Assembly: GCA_032260445.1 (NCBI GenBank)
Contig: JAVVFG010000002.1
Coordinates: 1 to 43,084 of the forward strand
Origin: Anaerolineae bacterium
GTDB taxonomy: Bacteria > Chloroflexota > Anaerolineae > Promineifilales > Promineifilaceae
DNA length: 43,084 bases
Direction of reading: 5' to 3'
The stretch's first letter is position 1; each line of letters begins with the position of its first letter. The notes beneath the pieces are model-generated. The model was not told where the DNA came from. It saw nothing but the letters and a program-made list of their open reading frames with translations, and did no database searches. Positions 16,378 through 26,091 of this stretch are shown here, piece after piece. Made by a program: the position numbers and the translations under genes.

Positions 16378-17328
16378 ATGCCAACAACAAAGACGGACCA
16401 GCCTGGCAGTGTTGAGTTCTGGCACAATATTTTCTCGCGCATCCAGAATCAACTGAACTATGATCCCGACGATAAGGAGGCGGAGTTTGATCCGGCGACG
16501 CTGTCGACGCTGCGGCTGATGCGGGATCCAGATCTGCCGGTGCCGCTGCGAGCGCTGAACCAGTTGTCGCCAGGGGCAAAGAAACGGCTGTACCGCCCAC
16601 TGCTACCGCCGGAGCTACTCGAGCGGTTTGCCATCGACCCGATTACGTGGCGCGGGCCGAATGGCGACGGGCACGTGAAGCTGGTGGCGCCGCCGGAGAA
16701 GGGACTGGTGAAGCTGGAGGCGTACCACCGGCTGGAGGCGCGCGATCCATTCGCCTACCTAGAGCTGGTAGATAACAATTTTAACGGGATTAACGTCGTT
16801 CTGTTCGTGATCAACGATCCGGAAAGCCCGCGGTTCGACACGGACGTCACGAGCACAGGGGAGCGGACGCTGTTCGGCACGGTGAACCGCAACCTGGAAG
16901 CGGAGGAAGCGGCCATGGCGGCGGGATTGGCGCCGGGGCAGGTACGGACCGGCCTGCGGGCGTCGCCGCTCGCCGTGCAGCATATGGAGGCGTTCCTGCA
17001 GCTGATGGGGCATGAGTCGTTCGCCGCCGAGCCGCTGACGTACGTGGCGGCGGTGCTCTTTGAGCGGCGGGGGTTTTCTTATATGTCGGGGCGGCGGCTG
17101 ATGGCGGAGATCGACCGGGAGTTCCGGGCGGGTGGACGGTTACGCGCGGCGCTGGACGGAAACAGCCCGTTCCGGCAGCCAGGCCAGGCGGATAGTATTC
17201 GCGGGCGCGCTTGGGCGATTCACGATGGCATTCTCGAGGTGATCGGGAAGAGTTGGAATAATGTGCGCATGGTGAAGCAGCTAGGCCGTGATGCGGGGAT
17301 TAACACGTTTCCTGACGGTCCGTATTAG
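16378..17328 (+). CDS. hypothetical protein, no recognisable domain
   Basis: 316-aa ORF with GC-rich third-position codon usage like its neighbours. An AGGAAAA RBS-like stretch precedes the ATG, 26 nt after ruvC. Confidence 0.6.
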   Translation: MPTTKTDQPGSVEFWHNIFSRIQNQLNYDPDDKEAEFDPATLSTLRLMRDPDLPVPLRALNQLSPGAKKRLYRPLLPPELLERFAIDPITWRGPNGDGHVKLVAPPEKGLVKLEAYHRLEARDPFAYLELVDNNFNGINVVLFVINDPESPRFDTDVTSTGERTLFGTVNRNLEAEEAAMAAGLAPGQVRTGLRASPLAVQHMEAFLQLMGHESFAAEPLTYVAAVLFERRGFSYMSGRRLMAEIDREFRAGGRLRAALDGNSPFRQPGQADSIRGRAWAIHDGILEVIGKSWNNVRMVKQLGRDAGINTFPDGPY

Positions 17329-17358
17329 GTGATGGTGGGGACAGCCTGCATGAGAAGG

Positions 17359-17391
17359 GGTGACGGTTGTCACCATAACCATTGTCACCAT
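17359..17391. repeat. inverted repeat GGTGAC-ggtt-GTCACC plus two direct copies of TTGTCACCAT spaced 15 bp, just upstream of the gcv promoter
   Basis: The IR is at 17359-17374. The direct repeats are at 17367-17376 and 17382-17391. The -35 element of the gcv promoter begins at 17411. Confidence 0.7.
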
Positions 17392-17410
17392 GACGATCCT
17401 CACCAGTGTC

Positions 17411-17439
17411 TTGCACCGCAACCTGCGCGGATATACAAT
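17411..17439 (+). promoter_or_regulatory. candidate promoter of the glycine-riboswitch/gcvHP transcript (TTGCAC - 17 nt - TACAAT)
   Basis: -35 at 17411-17416 and -10 at 17434-17439. The riboswitch aptamer starts about 30 nt downstream. Confidence 0.55.
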
Positions 17440-17473
17440 TTTCGCACGAACTGAAATTCCTATGCCTAGCGGC

Positions 17474-17658
17474 TGTCCGGGAGAGGGTGTGGCTGGTGAA
17501 GCGACGAGCGCACACCGCCGAAGGGGCAAGCCTGGTGTGCTGGCTGCAGCGCCGGGTGAAACTCTCAGGCAAAAGGACCGGGCAGGCGGGCACTTCTGGA
17601 AAGCCTGGCAGCATGAGGCCGGTGGAGACCGGCGCCACTCTCAGGTAAGTGACAGAGG
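17474..17658 (+). promoter_or_regulatory. glycine riboswitch: canonical first aptamer (about 17474-17584) followed by a truncated/degenerate second aptamer (about 17592-17658)
   Basis: Aptamer 1 has P1 UGUCCGG/CCGGGCA, GAGAG, ACCGCCGAAGGGGCAA and CUCUCAGGCAAAAGGAC. The second unit has CUUCUG-GAAAG ... CUCUCAGGUAAGUGAC-AGAGG but lacks the GAAGGGGCAA/P3 segment. The element lies directly upstream of gcvH. Confidence 0.85.
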
Positions 17659-17697
17659 ACGGCAGCAATGCGTGTGATTGCCAGCCGTTCTTTTTTT
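17659..17697 (+). terminator. riboswitch expression-platform intrinsic terminator
   Basis: ACGGC-a-GCAAT gcgtgtg ATTGC-ca-GCCGT is followed by TCTTTTTTT, about 50 nt upstream of the gcvH ATG. Confidence 0.75.
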
Positions 17698-17745
17698 GTC
17701 TCAGGTTGAGCAAAGAAAACTTTATCCTACAGGAGGAAACAGACG

Positions 17746-18135
17746 ATGACGAAGATAGTTGATGACCTGCTTTATACGCGCGACGATGAGTGGCTCCGCG
17801 TGGAGGGTGACGAAGCCACTATCGGGATTAGCGATTATGCCCAGGATTCGCTCTCCGATATTGTTTATCTGGAGTTCCCAGGTGTGGGTGAATCGTTTGG
17901 GCAGGGGGACACGTTCGGCGTGGTGGAGTCGGTGAAAGCGGCGGCGGACTTGTATATGCCGGTGAGCGGCGAGGTGATCGCGGTGAACGAAGCGCTGCTG
18001 GATCAGCCAGAGCTGGTGAACGAAGATCCGTACGGCGAGGCGTGGATGGTGAAGGTACGGCTGGACGACAAGAGTGAGCTTGACGAGTTGATGGACGCCG
18101 CCGCGTACCGTACGTATTGCGAGGAACGCGAATAG
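17746..18135 (+). CDS. gcvH: glycine cleavage system protein H
   Basis: 129 aa with the lipoyl-lysine motif [11 protein letters not shown] and an AGGAGG RBS. Confidence 0.95.
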   Translation: MTKIVDDLLYTRDDEWLRVEGDEATIGISDYAQDSLSDIVYLEFPGVGESFGQGDTFGVVESVKAAADLYMPVSGEVIAVNEALLDQPELVNEDPYGEAWMVKVRLDDKSELDELMDAAAYRTYCEERE

Positions 18136-18148
18136 GCCTGGAGCTTTT

Positions 18149-21082
<2,934 letters not shown>

Positions 21083-21106
21083 GCGGGCCCTTACGTGGAG
21101 AATCAC

Positions 21107-21140
21107 AAAGTGCCGGGCGCTTGAGAGGCCCGGCACTTTT
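21107..21140. terminator. bidirectional intrinsic terminator between convergent gcvP and tyrS
   Basis: AAA-GTGCCGGGC-gcttgagag-GCCCGGCAC-TTTT, a 9-bp GC-rich stem flanked by A and T tracts. Confidence 0.8.
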
Positions 21141-21148
21141 GTTAGCGA

Positions 21149-22435
21149 TCAGCTGACCACGCGAATCAGGTGGTAGCGTTTCTTGCCTTTACGCAGGACG
21201 AGGAATTGGCCGTCGATGGCGTCGGCGAGGGTGACAGTCTGGCCTAATTCGTCGACGCGGCGGTTGTTGACGTAGATGCCGCCGCCCTGTACGTCGCGCT
21301 TGGCCTGGCCGCGGCTGCCGGCAAGGCCACTGCCGGCAACGAGATCGACGACGAGTGTGCCGCCATTCTGGAGGGAGGCGCCAGGAACCTCGCTGGAGGG
21401 CACGTCGGCGAAGATGTCGGCGATGTCGCGCGCGTTCAACCCTTCGAGGTCGCCGCCGAAGAGGACGGCGGAAGCGGTCTCGGCGCGGGCGAGCTCGGTG
21501 GGGCCGTGGACGAGGCGCGTCATCTCCTCGGCGAGGCTACGCTGCGCAGCGCGCGCTTCGGGCTGTGTGGCCACTTTTTCTGCTAGCGCTTCAGCCTCCT
21601 CCCGGTCAAGGAAGGTGAAGAACTTGAGGTAGTCGACGACCTTCTCGTCTTCGGTGTTCAACCAGAACTGGTAGAAGCGGTACGGCGAGGTCTTCTGGGG
21701 ATCGAGCCAGACGGAATCGCCGGTGGCAGTCTTGCCGAACTTGCTGCCATCGGGCCGCGTGATGAGCGGGTAGACAAGGCCGGCGACCTTTTCGCCGCGC
21801 ATGCGCCGGATGAGCTCGACGCCGGCGACGATGTTGCCCCACTGGTCGCTGCCACCGGTCTGTAGCCGGCAGCCGTAACGATCGAAGAGGGTCAGGTAGT
21901 CGTACGCCTGCAGCAGCATGTAGCTGAACTCGGTGTAGCTAATGCCCGTCTCGCGGTCGAGCCGGCCCTGGACGGAATCCTTGGCGAGCATGTAGTTGAC
22001 GGTGAAGTTCTTACCGACGTCACGCAGGAACTGCATCATGCCCACGTGCTGTAGCCAGTCGTAGTTGTCCACGAGGCGCGCCGGGTTGCGGCGGGTGTCG
22101 AAGTCCAGGAAGTGGGAGAGCTGTTCTTTGATCTTGGCGACGTTGGCCTCGACCTGCTCGCGCGACATCAGGATGCGTTCCTCTGACTTGCCGCTGGGAT
22201 CGCCGACCATGCCGGTTCCGCCGCCGGCGACGGCAATCGTCGAGTGGCCAAACCGCTGGAAGCGGGCCAGGTTGATCAAGGGGACAAGATGGCCTACGTG
22301 CAGGCTGTCGCCGGTAGGATCGAAGCCGTTGTAGAGGGTGAGCGGCTCCGGGCCGGTTACCAGCTCGCGAATGCCGTCGGTGGCGTCGTAGATGAGACCA
22401 CGCCACTTGAGCTCGTCGTGAATATTGTCTGCCAC
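21149..22435 (-). CDS. tyrS: tyrosine--tRNA ligase (with C-terminal S4 domain)
   Basis: 428 aa with the HIGH-type motif LHVGHL and the KMSKS-type motif KFGKT. GTG start preceded by a GGAG RBS. Confidence 0.95.
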   Translation of the reverse strand: MADNIHDELKWRGLIYDATDGIRELVTGPEPLTLYNGFDPTGDSLHVGHLVPLINLARFQRFGHSTIAVAGGGTGMVGDPSGKSEERILMSREQVEANVAKIKEQLSHFLDFDTRRNPARLVDNYDWLQHVGMMQFLRDVGKNFTVNYMLAKDSVQGRLDRETGISYTEFSYMLLQAYDYLTLFDRYGCRLQTGGSDQWGNIVAGVELIRRMRGEKVAGLVYPLITRPDGSKFGKTATGDSVWLDPQKTSPYRFYQFWLNTEDEKVVDYLKFFTFLDREEAEALAEKVATQPEARAAQRSLAEEMTRLVHGPTELARAETASAVLFGGDLEGLNARDIADIFADVPSSEVPGASLQNGGTLVVDLVAGSGLAGSRGQAKRDVQGGGIYVNNRRVDELGQTVTLADAIDGQFLVLRKGKKRYHLIRVVS

Positions 22436-22467
22436 AGTCGTCGTCTCCTACAGGTATTTGTTCATCG

Positions 22468-22496
22468 ATCGTATGCGTCCGGCCGGGCGCTGTCAA
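22468..22496 (-). promoter_or_regulatory. candidate tyrS promoter (TTGACA - 17 nt - TACGAT)
   Basis: -35 at 22491-22496 and -10 at 22468-22473 on the minus strand, about 30 nt upstream of the tyrS start. Confidence 0.5.
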
Positions 22497-22502
22497 AAGG
22501 AA

Positions 22503-22538
22503 CCCAAAAAGAAAGACGCGGACCATGCCGCGTCTCTT
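22503..22538 (-). terminator. intrinsic terminator (AGACGCGG-cauggu-CCGCGUCU followed by UUCUUUUUGGG)
   Basis: 8-bp stem at 22514-22535. The minus-strand U-tract corresponds to 22503-22513. Confidence 0.7.
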
Positions 22539-22655
22539 TGGGGTTCTGGTTTCTGCTGACCTGTTGCTTACTTACGCAGGGGCAGACCTCCCATGCCGGT
22601 GCGGCAGTGGTGGTGCGTGGCAATAGAGGTAAGCGAAGGTCAGGTTCAACATCGT
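22539..22655 (-). ncRNA. candidate structured RNA (orphan sRNA, 3'UTR element or non-T-box leader) bounded by a promoter-like element and the terminator at 22503-22538
   Basis: An imperfect hairpin of about 88 nt spans 22556-22643 (CUGACC/GGUCAG, GCUUAC/GUAAGC, ACGCA/UGCGU). No family was recognised. Confidence 0.3.
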
Positions 22656-22661
22656 GGCGCC

Positions 22662-22691
22662 ACTATAGCACGAAATGCGAGCATGGGTCAA
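22662..22691 (-). promoter_or_regulatory. candidate promoter (TTGACC - 18 nt - TATAGT) reading into the structured region
   Basis: -35 at 22686-22691 and -10 at 22662-22667. The palindrome GTGGCGCCAC (22654-22663) overlaps the -10/+1 region. Confidence 0.35.
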
Positions 22692-22717
22692 GATGGTGTT
22701 GACATAATCACAAGGGT

Positions 22718-24106
22718 CTAGCCCCCCGCTAAGAGACGATCGACCGCGGCGGAGAGCTGGGCGAGGTTACGCACGGGGTAGACGGCGTCGCAGAGCGGGG
22801 CATAATCGATCATGTCGCTGTCGCCGGTGCCCCACTGCCGTTCGTGCTCTGGGTTGAGCCAGATGAGGCGGCGGGCGCGGCGCTGCAGCATTTTGATCAG
22901 GTCCAGGCGCGGCGCGTTGAAGTTGTTGCGCCCATCGCCGAGGATGATCACCGTCGAACGGCTGCTGACGGTGCTGAGATGCTGCTGGCAGAAGGCGTCA
23001 AGGCAGAAGCCGAGGTCGGTGCCGTAGGGACGGTAGGGCAAGAGGCGGCGGATGATGTCGAACGCGGCGTCGGGCTGGCGGTCGCCGATGAGCTGCAGGA
23101 CCTCGGGCGGGAGCTCGAGCAGCTGATCGTAGAAGGCAAAGGCACGCACCTTGGAGACCTGGTCGTGGAGCTGCTGCGCGAGATGAAGCATGAACTCGAC
23201 GACGTTCTCGGTGGAGCGGGAGACGTCGCAGATGAGGACGAGGCTCGGCTTGAGCTTCTTCTTCTTGAGCTTCATCTCGAAGGGGACGCCACCGTAGCGC
23301 TGATTGGCGCGGATGGTGCCCTTGGCATCGAATTTGCCCTGTTTGCCGCGTTTGCGGCGCAGGGCGGCGCGGCTGCGCAACTGGGTAACGAGCCGCTGCA
23401 CTTCGCGGCGCAGGCGCTCGGCTTCTTCCTCGGTGAGGGCATCGAACGGCTTGTGCATCAGGTCGCTGGTGTAGATGTCGTCCGGCCGGTTGGCGCGGTC
23501 CTGAGCGATCTGCAAGCCGATCTGCTGGGCAACCTGCTCGGCAAGCGCCTCACGGTTGGCCTCGACGACGCCGAGCAGCTTCTCGATGGCGTCCTGGCTC
23601 ATGCCCATCTCTTGCAGCTTTTGCACGAGCTGCTGGAGCTGCTCTTCGAGATGTTCGAAGCCCATCTGGCGCAACATGCGGCGGGTGACCCATTTGCCGG
23701 CTTCGGGGTTGTCGGCCCACTGGGCGCCGGCGCGGCGGGCCAGCTCTTCGAGCTCTTCTTTGGTGGGCCCTTCGCCGCTGGTCAGCCAGTCCATCAGCTT
23801 CTGTAGGCGGCCACTGAGGGCGGAGAGCGCCGCTTCAAGCATTTCCTGCTCGTCAGGCATCATGTCCTCGAGGGCATTCTGTAGAGGTGGGCCGCCGCTG
23901 CCGAAGTAGAGCGGGAAGAGCTCATTGAAGACGGGGAAGTCATTCGACTCCTTGACCAAGGTGGTACGCAGGCTCTCGCGGAAGTGACCCTTATCGGCGA
24001 CGCCGAGGGTTTCAACCGCCTTGAGGGCATCAATGGATTCGGCGAGGCTGATGCGCACGCCAGCGGCGCGCAGGCCACGGACGAACTCAACGATCCGACT
24101 GTCCAT
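22718..24106 (-). CDS. VWA domain protein, CoxE-like
   Basis: The N-terminus MDSRIVEFVRGLRAAGVRISLAESIDALKAV... is typical of the CoxE family. The VWA MIDAS motif is LICDVSRST. The ATG at 24106 has a GGAGG RBS 5 nt upstream, so it is preferred over the track start at 24163. Confidence 0.85.
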   Translation of the reverse strand: MDSRIVEFVRGLRAAGVRISLAESIDALKAVETLGVADKGHFRESLRTTLVKESNDFPVFNELFPLYFGSGGPPLQNALEDMMPDEQEMLEAALSALSGRLQKLMDWLTSGEGPTKEELEELARRAGAQWADNPEAGKWVTRRMLRQMGFEHLEEQLQQLVQKLQEMGMSQDAIEKLLGVVEANREALAEQVAQQIGLQIAQDRANRPDDIYTSDLMHKPFDALTEEEAERLRREVQRLVTQLRSRAALRRKRGKQGKFDAKGTIRANQRYGGVPFEMKLKKKKLKPSLVLICDVSRSTENVVEFMLHLAQQLHDQVSKVRAFAFYDQLLELPPEVLQLIGDRQPDAAFDIIRRLLPYRPYGTDLGFCLDAFCQQHLSTVSSRSTVIILGDGRNNFNAPRLDLIKMLQRRARRLIWLNPEHERQWGTGDSDMIDYAPLCDAVYPVRNLAQLSAAVDRLLAGG

Positions 24107-25028
24107 AACGTCCTCCAGGACGGTGGCTGCCTCCGTTGCCCAGCAGGCGCCGTGCCTTAGCAACGTCGGCTTCGTATTTGAGCAAGACGGTCAACGTGTT
24201 GCGCAACGTCTCTTCGTCGATTTCGGTGGCGTTGAGGGCGACGAGGGCGCGGGCCCAGTCGAGGGTTTCGCTGATGCTGGGCACTTTCCGCAGATCCATG
24301 TTGCGGAGCTGCTGGACGACGGCGACGGCCTGGCGGGCGAGTTCTTCACCAAGCGCGGGCACCTTGAGGCGCACGATGTCGAGCTCGGCGTCGCGCGTGG
24401 GGTAATCGACAAAAAGGTAGAGGCAGCGCCGCTTGAGCGCTTCGCTCAGCTCGCGGGTGTTGTTGCTGGTGAGGAGGACCATCGGCTGGTGGCGAGCCGA
24501 GATCGTGCCTAATTCGGGGATACTGACCTGGAAGTCGCTGAGCACTTCGAGGAGGAAGGCTTCAAACTCGACGTCGGCGCGGTCGATTTCATCGATGAGG
24601 AGGACGACAGGTTGCTCGGAGGTCAGGGCGGTGAGCAGAGGGCGCGGCAGGAGGAAGTTTTCGGAGAAGAAGACGTCTTCTTCTTGGGAGAGGCGGTTAG
24701 CGGCTTCGGCGAGGCTGGTAGCGTCGCCGAGGAAGTCGTGCAGGGTGTCGCGCAGGAGCTGCGTGTAGAGCATCTGCTTGGCGTACTCCCACTCGTAGAG
24801 CGCCTTGCTCTCGTCCAGCCCTTCGTAACATTGCAGGCGCACGAGGCGGTGCTCCAGGGCGCCAGCCCATGCTTTTGCCAGCTCTGTCTTGCCAACGCCA
24901 GCGGGTCCTTCGGCGAGAATGGGCTTGCACAACGATTGGGCCAGGTAGACGACGGTGCCGATTTCCTCGGATGCGATGTATTGCTGTTGGCTTAGCCGCT
25001 GGCGGACATCATCAATATCTCGGAACAT
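24087..25028 (-). CDS. MoxR/CoxD-like AAA+ ATPase
   Basis: Walker A is EGPAGVGKT and Walker B is VVLLIDEIDRA. The preferred start is MFRDIDD at 25028, with GGAGG 4 nt upstream. The track start at 25256 would cover the promoter and the aroE start. The 3' end overlaps the VWA gene by 20 nt. Confidence 0.85.
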   Translation of the reverse strand: MFRDIDDVRQRLSQQQYIASEEIGTVVYLAQSLCKPILAEGPAGVGKTELAKAWAGALEHRLVRLQCYEGLDESKALYEWEYAKQMLYTQLLRDTLHDFLGDATSLAEAANRLSQEEDVFFSENFLLPRPLLTALTSEQPVVLLIDEIDRADVEFEAFLLEVLSDFQVSIPELGTISARHQPMVLLTSNNTRELSEALKRRCLYLFVDYPTRDAELDIVRLKVPALGEELARQAVAVVQQLRNMDLRKVPSISETLDWARALVALNATEIDEETLRNTLTVLLKYEADVAKARRLLGNGGSHRPGGRYGQSDR

Positions 25029-25079
25029 ACTGCCTCCATTGTTAACTATCCGTCCTCCACCTTCCCCTAATGGGTTTTG

Positions 25080-25108
25080 ATTGTAGGACATAGTGGAAGC
25101 ATTGTAAA
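25080..25108 (-). promoter_or_regulatory. candidate promoter of the moxR-VWA operon (TTTACA - 17 nt - TACAAT)
   Basis: -35 at 25103-25108 and -10 at 25080-25085 on the minus strand, about 50 nt upstream of the ATG at 25028. Confidence 0.55.
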
Positions 25109-25176
25109 CTAGACGAACGGGCAGGCTAAGGTGACGGTCATACGCAGCCGGCCGGCAGTGTGGAAAAGGAGCAGTG

Positions 25177-26052
25177 ATGTTGATTCGCGGGACGACGCGT
25201 GTGGTGGGGTTGCTTGGCTGGCCGGTGAGCCACAGCCTAAGCCCGGCGATGCACAATGCAGCGGCGCAGACGCTGGGGCTAGACCTCGTCTATGTAGCGC
25301 TGCCGGTCGCGCCGGAGGCCATGGGCGCGGCGGTGCGCGGGCTGGCTGCGCTGGGTTTCCTCGGCGCGAATGTGACAGTGCCCCACAAACAAGCGGTGCT
25401 CCCTTTTCTGGACGAGCTCGACGCAACAGCGCGGGCAATCGGGGCGGTGAATACGATCGTGGTGGCGCAGGAAGGCGCCCCAACGCTGCACGGCACGAAC
25501 ACGGATGGCGCGGGGCTGGTTGCCGACCTGGTGGAACAGGGCGTGGCGATCGCGGAGCGGGCGTGCATCATCCTGGGAGCAGGCGGCGCGGCGCGGGCGG
25601 CAGCGTTTGCCCTGGCGCAGCAGGGCGGGCACGTTCACCTGCTGGCGCGCCGGAGGGAACAGGCGATTGAGGTAGCCAACGGGCTGCAGCCGCATCTCGG
25701 CGGGGCAGAGGTAGTCGCACACCAGTGGGATGAGGCAGCGGGGCTGCTGGCGCGCGTCGAGCGACCGCTTATCGTCAACGCGACGCCGGTAGGCATGGCG
25801 CCGCACAACAGCGGCTCGCCGTGGCCAGCAGGCCTGCCGTTCCCGGACGGAACCTTTGTCTATGACATGGTGTATGAACCGCGCGAGACGAAACTGCTGC
25901 GGGCGGCGCGGGCCGCAGGCCGGCCTGGTGCCAACGGGCTGGGGATGCTGCTGCAGCAGGGGGCGCTGGCGTTCGAGCTGTGGACGGGACTGAGGCCGGA
26001 TGTGGCCGTGATGCGGCAGGCGCTGGAAACAGAAGAAGCCCGCCGCAAGTAA
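25177..26052 (+). CDS. aroE: shikimate dehydrogenase
   Basis: Contains GLLGWPVSHSLSPAMHNAA..., NVTVPHK and NTD motifs, plus the Rossmann motif GAGGAARA. The ATG at 25177 is preceded by a GGAG RBS. Confidence 0.92.
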   Translation: MLIRGTTRVVGLLGWPVSHSLSPAMHNAAAQTLGLDLVYVALPVAPEAMGAAVRGLAALGFLGANVTVPHKQAVLPFLDELDATARAIGAVNTIVVAQEGAPTLHGTNTDGAGLVADLVEQGVAIAERACIILGAGGAARAAAFALAQQGGHVHLLARRREQAIEVANGLQPHLGGAEVVAHQWDEAAGLLARVERPLIVNATPVGMAPHNSGSPWPAGLPFPDGTFVYDMVYEPRETKLLRAARAAGRPGANGLGMLLQQGALAFELWTGLRPDVAVMRQALETEEARRK

Positions 26053-26066
26053 GGGCAGGCTTCTTC
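26032..26066. terminator. possible hairpin between convergent aroE and clpC (GAAGAAGCC - 17 nt - GGCTTCTTC)
   Basis: 9-bp stem that includes the aroE stop codon. The loop is large and the T-tracts are weak on both sides. Confidence 0.25.
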
Positions 26067-26091
26067 TTCACACCCGCTGGGCCTTAGCCAA

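Noticed and set aside
22436-22717. T-box riboswitch upstream of tyrS
   Set aside because: A T-box is an expected regulator class for an aminoacyl-tRNA synthetase gene, and a leader terminator is present. However, I could not find the conserved T-box sequence (…GGUGGNACCGCG…) next to the terminator. I also found no K-turn or AG-bay elements and no UAC specifier on the 3' side of the stem. A consensus promoter also lies downstream of the terminator. The region is kept as an unclassified RNA candidate instead.
25029-25256. N-terminal extension of the MoxR ORF (track start 25256; alternative ATG at 25091)
   Set aside because: The extension would overlap the divergent aroE start and would cover the TTTACA-17-TACAAT promoter. 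Only the ATG at 25028 has a GGAGG RBS, and the homologous ATPase core begins just after it.
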